Positions 11,056-21,471 of a DNA stretch of 64,000 nucleotides are shown piece after piece. This DNA comes from Candidatus Zixiibacteriota bacterium. Its GTDB lineage: Bacteria > Zixibacteria > MSB-5A5 > GN15 > JAAZOE01. The stretch is taken from positions 1 to 64,000 of the forward strand of contig JBDREQ010000021.1 in assembly GCA_043819555.1 (NCBI GenBank), given 5' to 3'. A program made the position numbers and the translations under genes. The notes beneath the pieces are model-generated. The model was not told the DNA's origin. It was given only the letters and a program-made list of their open reading frames with translations, and ran no database searches. How positions within the stretch are numbered: position 1 is the stretch's first letter; every line of letters starts with the position of its first letter.

Positions 11056-11206
11056 TCTCATAAAAAAACTACTAACTTTATGGAAACAAATTTATCCTTT
11101 TGATGTTACGGATATTGATTGATACGTTTATTGGAAAATAGTCATGAAAACTTACGCTCTGTAGATATCTGAGCGGCAGAATTCGAGAACTTAGCAGGAG
11201 GCAAAA

Positions 11207-11725
11207 ATGGCAATTAACAAAAAAATAGTTAAGACTTTTAACGCGCAAATGCAACGCGAGTTTTATTCGTCATATCTTTATTTGGCGATGGCCGGGTACT
11301 TTGAGGATATTGGCATGAAGGGATGCGCCCATTGGATGCGCATGCAGGCGGAAGAAGAACGAATGCACGCCATGAGATTCTACGATTTTATCATAAGCCG
11401 GGGCGGACGCCTGGAAATGCTTGCAATCGAAAAGCCGCCGACGGAATGGAAATCAGTATTGGACGCTTTCAAAGAAACATTGAAACATGAAGAATTTGTG
11501 ACGTCGCACATTAATAATCTTGTTGATATTGCTCTTGAAGTAAAGGACCACGCGGCTCATAGTTTTCTCAAGTTCTTCGTTGACGAACAGGTCGAGGAAG
11601 AAGATAATGTCAATGAAATTTTGGCAAAGATGGGGATGGTTAAGGATTCGGCGGGCGGCATGTTCATGTTTGACAGCGAGCTGGCCAGTCGACCTATGCC
11701 GACGCCGATTACTCCAGTTCAATAA
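11207..11725 (+). CDS. ftnA: non-heme ferritin
   Basis: Ferroxidase motifs EFYSSYLYLAM, EERMH and EQVEEE. Confidence 0.92.
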   Translation: MAINKKIVKTFNAQMQREFYSSYLYLAMAGYFEDIGMKGCAHWMRMQAEEERMHAMRFYDFIISRGGRLEMLAIEKPPTEWKSVLDAFKETLKHEEFVTSHINNLVDIALEVKDHAAHSFLKFFVDEQVEEEDNVNEILAKMGMVKDSAGGMFMFDSELASRPMPTPITPVQ

Positions 11726-11753
11726 GTTTGTTATAGATTATCTATGAATGTCT

Positions 11754-11780
11754 GAGCGGCCTTCGGGCCGCTCTTTTTTT
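11754..11780 (+). terminator. intrinsic terminator after ferritin
   Basis: gagcggcc-TTCG-ggccgctc followed by a T-tract. Confidence 0.9.
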
Positions 11781-11801
11781 ATTAAGCCAAAAGATTAAAG
11801 T

Positions 11802-12935
11802 TTATTCTCCGGTGATTTTTCTTATTTCCTCAAGAAGAACGGTTTCAAGTTCGCCTTCTTTATATGTCACCTGTTTCCCATCTTTCAAAAAGAGAATCCC
11901 CTGACCGGCACCTCCGGCAATACCGACATCGGCCGCTTTGGCTTCACCGGGTCCATTGACAATACAGCCCATAACAGCTACTTTCAGAGGCGTTTTTATA
12001 TGGCTTGTTTTTTCTTCAATCCGTTTGGCCAGGTTTATCAAATCAATCTGACAACGCCCGCAGGTCGGGCAGGAGATTAGTTCAATTCCCTCCTTTTTAA
12101 TCTCCAGAGATTTTAAAATCTGGCGACAAACTTTGATTTCTTCGACCGGATCAGCAGTCAGAGAAACTCTTATGGTATCTCCGATACCCTTAGCCAGCAG
12201 AGACCCAATACCTATCGCTGATTTTATAGACCCGGCAAACTCAGTACCGGCTTCGGTAATTCCCAGATGGAGAGGATAGTCAGCCAATTCGGCCAGTATT
12301 GAATAGGCAGCTATGGCACAATTGACATTGGTCGATTTTAGGGAAATTATTGTGTTATGGAAGTCATGTTTTTCAAGAATTTCGAGTTCGCGAAGAGCCG
12401 CTCCGACAAATGCCCGCGGCTCTTCGTGGCCTAATTCATCCAGTAAGTCTTTGGGCAAAGAACCGGAATTGACTCCTATTCGGATTGGGATTTCAGCATC
12501 TCTGGCGGCCTTAACGACTTCGGCGACCTTCCAATCGGGGCCAATGTTTCCGGGATTTATGCGGACTTTATCCACCCCTTCTTCGATTGCTCTTAAAGCC
12601 AATTTATATGAAAAATGTATGTCAGCGACCAGTGGGATTGATATTTGTTTCTTTATATGTCTCAGACAGTCAGCGGCGTCTTTGTTCAGAACCGCGACGC
12701 GAATTATTTCGCACCCGGCCTCTTCAAGGCTTTTAATCTGTGCTACCGTGCTTTCAATATCGCGAGTGTCGGTATTGGTCATCGATTGTATTGCGATCGG
12801 GAAATTACCGCCGATAATGACATTTCCAATTTTGACAGCCCGAGCTTTTCTTCGAGGTGCGGGATATTCAAATTTGTTGCCGGTAAGCATTTCCCGCCAA
12901 TTTTGTTTTGCCTTGTCGGATATATCTCTTGACAT
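11802..12935 (-). CDS. ispG: (E)-4-hydroxy-3-methylbut-2-enyl-diphosphate synthase
   Basis: QSMTNT, LVADIHF, RINPGN, ISCPTCGR and AVMGCIVNGPGE. Confidence 0.97.
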   Translation of the reverse strand: MSRDISDKAKQNWREMLTGNKFEYPAPRRKARAVKIGNVIIGGNFPIAIQSMTNTDTRDIESTVAQIKSLEEAGCEIIRVAVLNKDAADCLRHIKKQISIPLVADIHFSYKLALRAIEEGVDKVRINPGNIGPDWKVAEVVKAARDAEIPIRIGVNSGSLPKDLLDELGHEEPRAFVGAALRELEILEKHDFHNTIISLKSTNVNCAIAAYSILAELADYPLHLGITEAGTEFAGSIKSAIGIGSLLAKGIGDTIRVSLTADPVEEIKVCRQILKSLEIKKEGIELISCPTCGRCQIDLINLAKRIEEKTSHIKTPLKVAVMGCIVNGPGEAKAADVGIAGGAGQGILFLKDGKQVTYKEGELETVLLEEIRKITGE

Positions 12936-12999
12936 AGTACCTTCTTGTTTTGCTTAATTAAATGATAATACGAAAAAAGACAACAGAAAGTTAATATCT

Positions 13000-13386
13000 T
13001 TGAATTATCGCAAACTCATATTTTATATTGTTATCATCTGCCTTGCCCTGGGTTATTGGTATATGACCAGGAAAGCATCTGAAGAGATGATGCTCAAATC
13101 CGAAATATTTGCTCAGGTCTATGCCGGAACACGGGTCATCGGCGAATTATACCGCAATGAACCGGATAGGTTTTTTCGAGCCCGTGATTCAATTTATGGC
13201 ACATATAGTTTTAACGAAGATTCGGTAAGACTTTTTCAAATATCATTGGAAAATGATTCTGAAAAATGGCCGGAAATCTGGGGACGTATAAGAAATATAG
13301 TCGATTCTTTGACGACTTATTTTATTGAAAACCCGGTGACGCATCCGACCGCTGATTCGACCGACACGCCGAATACCGATAAATAA
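13000..13386 (+). CDS. hypothetical membrane-anchored protein (possibly DUF4296-like)
   Basis: 128 aa with an N-terminal TM helix. The family resemblance is from memory only. Confidence 0.6.
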   Translation: MNYRKLIFYIVIICLALGYWYMTRKASEEMMLKSEIFAQVYAGTRVIGELYRNEPDRFFRARDSIYGTYSFNEDSVRLFQISLENDSEKWPEIWGRIRNIVDSLTTYFIENPVTHPTADSTDTPNTDK

Positions 13387-13511
13387 TTTCTCGGCAAATA
13401 TATTCCTGTCTCTTATTTTGAAGCATGCGTAACTTGATTTTGGGATGCCCAGGCTATATTTTAATCTATCATATGATCTATAGGTAAATACCTTATTTTT
13501 AGGAGTTATTG

Positions 13512-14591
13512 ATGGCTGACAGCGATTATTTAATACTGGTTATAAATCCGGGCTCGACCTCGACCAAAGTTTCCGTATTCAAAAATGCTGAGCAATTGCA
13601 CCATGAGAATATCAAGCATAGTGCAAAGTTGATAAATCAATTTAACCTGGCCTCCGAACAGTTTGATTTCAGAAAAAACGCAATTGAGGAATGGCTTGGA
13701 TATTTACCCAAAGACGATAAAATATTCTCAGCCGTGTCAGGCAGGGGCGCGCCTCTTAAGCCTTTGGAAGGAGGCAGCTATATTATCTCCGAAAAAATGC
13801 TTGATGATGTGTGTACCTCTCGCTATTCAAACCATGCTTCCAATTTGGGCCCGATGCTGGCCGATTTTTATGGAAAAATCTATAACGTCCCGGCCTATAT
13901 CACCGATCCAATTACGGCTGATAATTTTGCCGATATTGCAAGGATATCAGGAGTTCCGGGGATTATCAGAAAATCACGCTCGCATTGTTTGAATATCAAG
14001 GCTGTCGGAAGGGCGGAAGCTGCCAAACACGAGAAAAAGCTGGAGGAAGTTAATTATATAGTGGCTCATATGGGCGGAGGAATTTCGATAGCCGCTCTTG
14101 AGAAGGGAAGGATTGTTGATGTCAATGACGGCCTGCTTGGTATGGGACCATTTTCAATCGATCGCGCTGGAGCTTTGCCAATTGGGGGATTGGTCGATAT
14201 GTGTTTTTCCGGGAAATATTCAAAAAATGAGATAATTGAAATTTTGTCCGGGAAAAGCGGTCTTTTGGGATATCTGGGACATAGCGATTTACGCCAGGTT
14301 GAATTGATGATTGAAGATGAAGACAAAACCGCTGAATTGATTTACTAGGCCATGTGCTATCAAATCTCCAAAGAGATTGGCGCGGCCGCGGTTGTCCTGA
14401 AAGGCAATATTGATTGGATTATTCTCACCGGCGGAATGGCATATTCGGTGATGCTGACTGAAACAATCTCTGAATATATTAAATTTATTGCCCCGATTAT
14501 TATTGTTCCGGGTGAGAAAGAAATGCTGGCTCTGGCTGAAGCGGCAATTCGAATTATTACCGGAGAAGAAGTACCAAAGACTTATGAGTGA
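13512..14591 (+). pseudogene. buk: butyrate kinase interrupted by one in-frame TAG at 14346-14348 (nonsense mutation, sequence error or readthrough)
   Basis: INPGSTSTK, HASNLG and AHMGGGIS. The frame continues past the stop: AELIY*AMCYQISKEIG...ILTGG...PGEKEM. Confidence 0.75.
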
Positions 14592-15511
14592 TTATTTGGA
14601 ATACTTTGAAAAATTCAATGATTAAATCATCGGATGACATAATTGATGCCGCTCGAAAAATAAGCAATCGGCGCGGCCTGTTTCGCATTGCTGTGGCTGT
14701 CGCAAATGAATCCAATGTTTTGGCCGCTATTAAATCAGCTTACGATGATGGCATCTGTGATGCCATATTATTTGGCAATAAAGGCAAAATTGAGGAAATA
14801 GCGCATAAAAATCAAATCGATATCGGAAAATTCCCGATAATCGATCAGACCGATGACATCAAAGCCGTAAACAACGCGGTCGGATCAGCAGCGAGAGGCG
14901 AGGCCGACGTGATTATAAAAGGATTCGTCTCAACCTCTACCCTGCTCAAAGGCGTTCTCACTAAAAAGTTCAATTTACAAACCAGCCGAGTATTATCTCA
15001 TGTGGCGGTTCTGACGATCCCGGGAAGGAATAAACTTCTTCTGGCCAGCGATGGAGGAATGACCGTCAAACCAACCCTTGAGCAACGGTTTGATATATTT
15101 AAAAACATTCTCGTTGTTGCCGGGGCATTAAAAATTAGGCCATTTCGGGCGGCGATAATGAACGGAAACAATGATACCGCAAATAATTCTTTGGCAAATG
15201 AATCAAAGGAATTGATGAATCTTATTCAAAAAGAAGGTTTTTCCAGTTATGTAATACCGAAACCGATGAATTTGGCCGAGGCAATATCAGCCGAAGCCGA
15301 TGCGGTCATCTATGGAAGTATAGAAGAATGCAACCTGGCAACTAAGAGTATGATTATCTTTGGCAAAACGATTGTTACAGGCGTGATAATCGGATCAAAA
15401 AAACCGGTTTCAGTAGTCTCGCGCACTGATCCGATAATCGGCAAGAAAGCATCGATTGCTCTTGCCTGTCTGGTATCCAATTACTATCGCCCTCTGGATA
15501 AGGAGAAATAA
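14588..15511 (+). CDS. ptb: phosphate acyl/butyryltransferase paralog 1 (central region degenerate)
   Basis: ADVIIKG..ST.LLK, LSHVAV, SDGGM and C-terminal VVSRTD. Alternative start at ATG 14618. Confidence 0.8.
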   Translation: MIIWNTLKNSMIKSSDDIIDAARKISNRRGLFRIAVAVANESNVLAAIKSAYDDGICDAILFGNKGKIEEIAHKNQIDIGKFPIIDQTDDIKAVNNAVGSAARGEADVIIKGFVSTSTLLKGVLTKKFNLQTSRVLSHVAVLTIPGRNKLLLASDGGMTVKPTLEQRFDIFKNILVVAGALKIRPFRAAIMNGNNDTANNSLANESKELMNLIQKEGFSSYVIPKPMNLAEAISAEADAVIYGSIEECNLATKSMIIFGKTIVTGVIIGSKKPVSVVSRTDPIIGKKASIALACLVSNYYRPLDKEK

Positions 15512-15519
15512 CAATCGTA

Positions 15520-16374
15520 ATGGTAAGGAGTTTTGAGGAATTCCGTGGGTGGATTTCTAAATTTGTTGAAAAGAAAACACCTCCCAGAACTGCTATTGTT
15601 TCAAATGATATTCAAAATCATAAATTAATTCGGCAACTTGCCAATCATATTATATTGCGGCCAATAATTAATGAGCCAGATGATATTAATTATGCCTTGA
15701 GCAATGCTCTAAGTATGGCCCATAATAAACAGATAGAGTCGATTGCGCTGGATGAGAATTATCTAACTGACTTTATGAAATTGGCACTAAATAAGTCTAA
15801 CGATTTTTTAATGGACGACCAGATTTTGAGTCATGCGGCTGTTTTTGAGCATGAAGCATATCATAAGTTGTTTATATTAAGTGATGCGTTCGTTAATTCC
15901 CATCCTGATTTGAACGATAAAGTGAAGATCATTAGAAACGCTGTCGCACTATCCAAAGCGCTTGGTGTCAATTTACCCAAAATAGCCATTTTGGCCGCTG
16001 TTGAAAAAGTAAATCAGAGCATGCCCGTTACTATTGAAGCCGAGAAGTTGAAGAGTATGAATATCGATGGAGATATTGATGGGTGCTTAATCGATGGTCC
16101 ATTGTCGATGGATTGTGCCATGCTTAAAAAAATCGCCCTTGATAAAGGCGTCGTTTCTGATGTCGCCGGGGATCCGGACATAATAATCGCACCGGAGATC
16201 AATGCCGCCAACGCGATATTTCACGCAATTTCAAAAATTGGTAAAGCCAAATCAGGCAGTTTAATCATCGGTGGCTCGGTTCCCATCGCTTTACTGGCCT
16301 CAGAGAAAATAGAAGAAGAGGCAATTAATTCATTATTGCTGGGAAGTTATTTTTCTTTGATAGCGGATAATTAA
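15520..16374 (+). CDS. ptb: phosphate acyl/butyryltransferase paralog 2 (N- and C-terminal motifs degenerate)
   Basis: LSHAAV, LAAVEKVN, DGPLSMDCA and VAGDPDIIIAPEINAAN. Lacks the KG and SRxD motifs. Confidence 0.8.
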   Translation: MVRSFEEFRGWISKFVEKKTPPRTAIVSNDIQNHKLIRQLANHIILRPIINEPDDINYALSNALSMAHNKQIESIALDENYLTDFMKLALNKSNDFLMDDQILSHAAVFEHEAYHKLFILSDAFVNSHPDLNDKVKIIRNAVALSKALGVNLPKIAILAAVEKVNQSMPVTIEAEKLKSMNIDGDIDGCLIDGPLSMDCAMLKKIALDKGVVSDVAGDPDIIIAPEINAANAIFHAISKIGKAKSGSLIIGGSVPIALLASEKIEEEAINSLLLGSYFSLIADN

Positions 16375-17096
16375 TGCCAGCGGTTGTAATAATCGGACTG
16401 CGGAGAATCGGTTTTTTTTGAAGCCAGTTGTTTTTTATATTTCAAACGAATAAAAATCCACCCGAATAAAAATCCTCCGATGTGGGCAAACCAGGCTACG
16501 CCTCCGCTTTGCGCGGCTCCCAACGATGAAAATCCCATCAGTAATTGTATCACGAACCAATAACCGAGAATAAAAATGGCCGGAAGCCACATAAGTCTGA
16601 TGAAAAATAATATCCAGATAAGAGTCAGTATTTTGGCGCGCGGCCAAACTACCAAATATGCTCCAAGGACGCCGGCTATCGCGCCGGAAGCGCCGACCAG
16701 AGGGACCGTCCCACCGGGATTGAATGAGGTAAATAATAGCACAGCGGCCAGACCCGAAATAAAATAGAAACCGAGGAATTTTAAATGACCCAAATAATCT
16801 TCGACATTATTCCCGAAAATCCAGAGATAAAGCATATTGCCGGCCAAATGCATAAAGTCGCCATGCAGAAACATCGAAGTGAAGGGCGACATCCAGACCG
16901 GGAAAGGAACGTCTGGTGTCATGTCTGAGAAACTTGTCAATTCGACGGGAATGAGGCCGAATTGAAATATGAACATCTGCTCGAGTCGAGGCGAAAGCGT
17001 CAATTGATACACATAGACAAGGCAATTCACCACGATTATTATTACCGTAATAATCGGGAATTGTGTGGTCGGATTGTTATCTTTTAGCGGCAGCAT
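16371..17096 (-). CDS. rhomboid family intramembrane serine protease
   Basis: FLHG..HL.GNM, GASGA and AHIGG. Confidence 0.93.
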   Translation of the reverse strand: MLPLKDNNPTTQFPIITVIIIVVNCLVYVYQLTLSPRLEQMFIFQFGLIPVELTSFSDMTPDVPFPVWMSPFTSMFLHGDFMHLAGNMLYLWIFGNNVEDYLGHLKFLGFYFISGLAAVLLFTSFNPGGTVPLVGASGAIAGVLGAYLVVWPRAKILTLIWILFFIRLMWLPAIFILGYWFVIQLLMGFSSLGAAQSGGVAWFAHIGGFLFGWIFIRLKYKKQLASKKTDSPQSDYYNRWH

Positions 17097-17152
17097 AAAA
17101 TTATAACCCTTAACTGTGTGTAATTATACGATTGAGTGTCAATTATGGGTAC

Positions 17153-17180
17153 AAAAAAAGCCCCGATAAATCGGGGCTTT
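17153..17180 (-). terminator. intrinsic terminator downstream of the PPIase gene
   Basis: aaagccccgat/atcggggcttt stem with an A-run, which is a U-tract on the minus strand. Confidence 0.85.
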
Positions 17181-17193
17181 AAAAATAGAATTC

Positions 17194-19002
17194 TCATCGG
17201 GTAGTGAAAAACTCATCGATATAGTTCTCAGTCTTGACCGAAGAAAGCATATTGACATACCATGAACTTAGCGTTTCGCTCATTTTTGTCTGAAGTAGAG
17301 TTTGTTCGAGCGAATCACGAACGGCCGCATATTTATCCAATTCGGCGCTTTGTCTTTCCAGCAGTTTTACTATTGCGCATCCGCGCTCGTATTTGACCGG
17401 CTTTGAAATATCTCCGGGATTCTGGAGATGGAACATCATTCCAACAATTGACGGTTCGCGGCCGATGTTTTTAATAAAACCATCCCGGGAAATAAGATCG
17501 GTGGTGATAACCTCTATCCCCGCATCCCGAGCGGCTTTATTGAATTCAGTTCCATCCTGAATAGCCTGATGAACTTTATTGATTTCCGTTTCGCAAATCT
17601 GAAAGGCGAGATGGGTTTTGAAATCCGTCTCAACTTCGCTTTTCACCTCTTCAAAAGACGCAACCCCTGCCTCCCGCTTTTCGGCAACGCGAGATATTAT
17701 GGCTGAGGCGTCATTTTCAAAAATGGGTGAAACGGCTCCAACATCATTCTTAAACGCGAAGATATTATACCGGCGATCATATCCGAATTGGGCCAGCGGC
17801 TTGCTTGAGGTCATTAAGCCGGTATTTTGTATATCAATTTCATATTGGGAAGCGGCGGCTTCAAAACCATCGGATTCCGCGATTTCAAGAAAACCCTGAG
17901 CGTTTTCAAACGCTTTCTCAAGAGTTTCGGTTGAAGCCTTAATTTTAAAAAGGATATGGCTTGCTTTGATTTCATCTTCGCCTTTATCACTCTTGCGCTT
18001 TTCAGTAACTTTTATGATATGCCATCCGAATTGAGTTCGTATCGGATTAGAAATTTCATTAATTTCCATCGCGAAAGCGGCGTCATTGAATTCCTGAACC
18101 ATTTTTCCCTTTCCAAACCAGCCCAAATCGCCCCCATCAGGTCCGGTCGGGCCTTCTGAATATGCCTTGGCCAGTTCAGCGAAATCTTCCCCCTCATCGA
18201 GTTGAGTTTTAATCTGCTCAGCGTCAAATTTAATCAATTCCCAATCGCCTTCGGTCGGTTCTTTGGAAAAAGAGACGAAATCGAGTGATGCTCGTTCCTC
18301 AACTTCATAATCTTCCGGATGAGTATTGTAGTAGTTTTGAAGTTCTTCTTCTGTTATTTCCGGACCGGGGTTGACATACTTGGAAACACCAACAGAGATA
18401 ATTTCAGCCTTTGCTTTTTCATTGCCGTTTAGATAAAATTCTCTGACATCATTTTCACCAACGCGAACGGTCGAAGCAATTTGGTTCTGGAGCTTCATTC
18501 GGCGTAATTCCGGCCGATAAACACGTTCCACTTGCAGCCAGAATTGGCCAGCCTGAGGATTGGCCAGGGTGGCCAGGTATTTCTGATAATCAAATTGACC
18601 CTCCGCGTTTGCGAAGGATGGATTCTTCTGAAATTCCTGAGGCGGGGAAAATTTCATAAATTGATAAAGTTCTTCATCGGAAACGGTAATATTGCGCTTA
18701 TCCATCTCCCGGGTCATTAGAAAATCGGCGACCAGATTATCCCAGGCATCGCGCCGTATTTTATTGAGAGTTGCCATGTCCATTTCTTCATTGGAGTTAC
18801 CCTGTTCCTGCTGGCGAAGTCTCTCAAGAAATATGTTGTAATACTGATAATCTATATCAACACCGTCAATTGTTCCTATGAAGTTTTTCTGGGTTTTACT
18901 TCGGGTGATATCCATGCCCCAGGCAAATATAATCGTACCCACAAAAGCAACGACTACAACCCAGATAACAACTTTTGTCAATTTGCGAAAACTGCTAAGC
19001 AT
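17194..19002 (-). CDS. PpiD/SurA-like periplasmic chaperone with parvulin PPIase domain
   Basis: N-terminal TM and SurA-like N-domain, then FAELAKAYSEG..GGDLGWF...FGWHII. Confidence 0.9.
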   Translation of the reverse strand: MLSSFRKLTKVVIWVVVVAFVGTIIFAWGMDITRSKTQKNFIGTIDGVDIDYQYYNIFLERLRQQEQGNSNEEMDMATLNKIRRDAWDNLVADFLMTREMDKRNITVSDEELYQFMKFSPPQEFQKNPSFANAEGQFDYQKYLATLANPQAGQFWLQVERVYRPELRRMKLQNQIASTVRVGENDVREFYLNGNEKAKAEIISVGVSKYVNPGPEITEEELQNYYNTHPEDYEVEERASLDFVSFSKEPTEGDWELIKFDAEQIKTQLDEGEDFAELAKAYSEGPTGPDGGDLGWFGKGKMVQEFNDAAFAMEINEISNPIRTQFGWHIIKVTEKRKSDKGEDEIKASHILFKIKASTETLEKAFENAQGFLEIAESDGFEAAASQYEIDIQNTGLMTSSKPLAQFGYDRRYNIFAFKNDVGAVSPIFENDASAIISRVAEKREAGVASFEEVKSEVETDFKTHLAFQICETEINKVHQAIQDGTEFNKAARDAGIEVITTDLISRDGFIKNIGREPSIVGMMFHLQNPGDISKPVKYERGCAIVKLLERQSAELDKYAAVRDSLEQTLLQTKMSETLSSWYVNMLSSVKTENYIDEFFTTR

Positions 19003-19200
19003 TTTAAATAAACTCCTTCAAGAATCTCCGTTACCGCATCCGCTTTATATTTCAACCGGTTATTATTTCCCGGACCGGTGGAAATTAGCTCAACAATATA
19101 GCCAATCTATTTGGCTTGGCAAGCCATTTTTATAACGATTGGTATAGTTTTGCGCCAAAAAACTAATTGCCCTGAAGCAATTAAGTATTAACTTGCCACA

Positions 19201-21465
19201 ATGCATAATCTTAGAAATATATCGGCCGTTCTGCTTATTCTATTCAGCCCATGTTTTGGACAAGAACCGGAATTCAATGACAGTTATTATTGGCCCTTGA
19301 AACTCCAAAAACAATTCTCTTCCGGATTCGGAGATACTCGGCCGGGACGTTTTCACATGGGCGTTGATCTGAGAACAGGAGGAAAAGAAGGCGCTCGCGT
19401 TTATGCTCCGGAAGACGGATATGTCGTGCGAATAAAAACGTCTTATAATGGTTATGGCAAAGGTCTCTACCTTAAAGGTAATTCGGGGCGGATTTATGTA
19501 TTCGGACATCTGCAAAAATACAACTGGGATATTGGTACATACCTGCAAAAGCGTCAGATAGAGTCTGAGAGATATTATCAGGATATTTCTTTGGAATCCG
19601 ACGAGCTGCGGATAAAAAAGGGAGATTTTATAGCCCGATCAGGGCAAACCGGAGCCGGAGCGCCTCACCTCCATTTTGAAATTCGTGATGAAAACCAAAT
19701 ACCGCTTAATCCTTTGTATTTCAATGTTGAAGTGAATGATAAAGCGGCCCCCGAATTCGAAGCAGTCTGGCTAACCTGCCTTGATAATTATTCACTTTTT
19801 GAAGATGGCTCTCGAGAAAAGAAATTCATTCCAAAAAAGTCGGATAATTCTGGACGTTTCGTTATCGCCGATACGATTGTCGTCAGCGGTCGATTTGGAA
19901 TCAAAGCCGCGGTTTCGGATATTATTACCAGCGGCTCGTTTACTCTTGGCGCTTCGAAGCTGGTATTGTACATAGACGGCAAGATTTACTATGCGGTCGA
20001 TTATCGTCAAATATCATACGATGAGAATTTTTACAGCTTGCTCGATAAAGATACCGACCAGCGCAAAGTAGAAGATTATAAACGGGTTTACCTTCTCTAT
20101 CGCCGGATGGGAAATAAATTTTCCGGGTGTCTGACGCCCGCGAATGATGATGGAACAATTGAATTTTCATCATATGGATTTCATGATATTCGCATTGAGG
20201 CGTTTGACGCTTCCGGCAATCGGCAATCTCTTGATTTCGTATTATTCTATTCAGTTAGTCTGGAAATTTTGGACCCCTTTAATCGGGCAATAATCGAGGA
20301 CACTTTAATTGAGCTGAATTATGCTCAAGGTATTGATTCATTGAATTATGATTCGATTTTGATAACTCATCCGGATGCCGGCTCATTGCCTGTTAGGGTC
20401 TTTCCTTCAATCGAAAACAGTCCTCATAGCATTCGCCTAATGGGCGATTTTTCGCAATGGCCGCATTATCAGATTCGCTTTTTTAAAAATGGCGTCCTCT
20501 TCCCGGCCTATAATTTTTCGACTAATTATATCCAACCTGCCGGACAAAAGGCGGTCGATTCGGTGACAGTCGAGTTAATTGATGATGGATTGCTATTGAA
20601 CGCCTATACCTCAGTTCCATCGATTAACTGGCTGCTGGCGGAGATCATTACTGATATCGGCAGTGAGAGATTATCGTATCTCAAATATGATACCACAAGG
20701 TTTTCACTCTTTTATAGACCGAATGATAGTGTAACGAAAATAGAATCAATTATTACGCGCGGCCCGATAGGGTTTTTGCCCGATAGTCTAAACGGCACAA
20801 TTCATCGAGTAAAAGCCGGCACTGACATTGAGATTTCACTCAAAGAAAGCACCAGCCTGCATTTTGATCCCCAAGATCTATTTGCCGATTTGCTTCTAAG
20901 TATTTATGATACGATTATGGCCGACCCGAAAACCGGGCATTATATCGGAACTCCGTTTGAGATTTTCCCGGCGACGATGTCTTTTGCCAACTGGGTTGAT
21001 CTAAAAAGCAATGTGCGCGATGCTGATAATGCTGATAAAGCGGGCTTATATGTATTTCATAATGAAAAAGGATGGCTCTGGGCGGGCGGCGAGCTTAGTG
21101 AAACATCCGGTTTCATTAAGTCTGATATAGGCGGTACCGGGCTGGTCGCAATAATTGCCGATACCACGGCGCCAGTTATTAAATCATTGAACATAGAAGA
21201 AAAAGGCCGTGTCAAAATCAGCCAGCCTGAAATTCGGTTTATTGTCGATGATGAACTGTCAAAGATCGAAAATGATTTTAATTTTAATGTGACGATTGAC
21301 GGAAAATGGATCTCGCCGGAATATGACCCTGAACGGCAATCATTTAAATCAAAGCCTCATTGGCGGCTGATTCCGGGAAAACATATACTTAAAATCGAAG
21401 TTACGGATCGGTGCGGCAATAAAACCGAGCTGGTCAGAAACTTTCGCGTTCAACCCGCAGGTTAA
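19201..21465 (+). CDS. M23 family metallopeptidase with long C-terminal extension
   Basis: Signal peptide, HMGVD (HxxxD) and PHLHFE. Confidence 0.88.
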   Translation: MHNLRNISAVLLILFSPCFGQEPEFNDSYYWPLKLQKQFSSGFGDTRPGRFHMGVDLRTGGKEGARVYAPEDGYVVRIKTSYNGYGKGLYLKGNSGRIYVFGHLQKYNWDIGTYLQKRQIESERYYQDISLESDELRIKKGDFIARSGQTGAGAPHLHFEIRDENQIPLNPLYFNVEVNDKAAPEFEAVWLTCLDNYSLFEDGSREKKFIPKKSDNSGRFVIADTIVVSGRFGIKAAVSDIITSGSFTLGASKLVLYIDGKIYYAVDYRQISYDENFYSLLDKDTDQRKVEDYKRVYLLYRRMGNKFSGCLTPANDDGTIEFSSYGFHDIRIEAFDASGNRQSLDFVLFYSVSLEILDPFNRAIIEDTLIELNYAQGIDSLNYDSILITHPDAGSLPVRVFPSIENSPHSIRLMGDFSQWPHYQIRFFKNGVLFPAYNFSTNYIQPAGQKAVDSVTVELIDDGLLLNAYTSVPSINWLLAEIITDIGSERLSYLKYDTTRFSLFYRPNDSVTKIESIITRGPIGFLPDSLNGTIHRVKAGTDIEISLKESTSLHFDPQDLFADLLLSIYDTIMADPKTGHYIGTPFEIFPATMSFANWVDLKSNVRDADNADKAGLYVFHNEKGWLWAGGELSETSGFIKSDIGGTGLVAIIADTTAPVIKSLNIEEKGRVKISQPEIRFIVDDELSKIENDFNFNVTIDGKWISPEYDPERQSFKSKPHWRLIPGKHILKIEVTDRCGNKTELVRNFRVQPAG

Positions 21466-21471
21466 AGGATT

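Noticed and set aside
14346..14348. Genome-wide TAG reassignment
   Set aside because: TAG terminates bamA (after its terminal Phe), the SPFH gene (before a terminator), lpxD, rsmI and the STAS gene at expected lengths.
17123..17142. TTGACA and TATAAT hexamers upstream of the rhomboid gene
   Set aside because: The spacer is only 8 nt, which is incompatible with a single sigma70 promoter.
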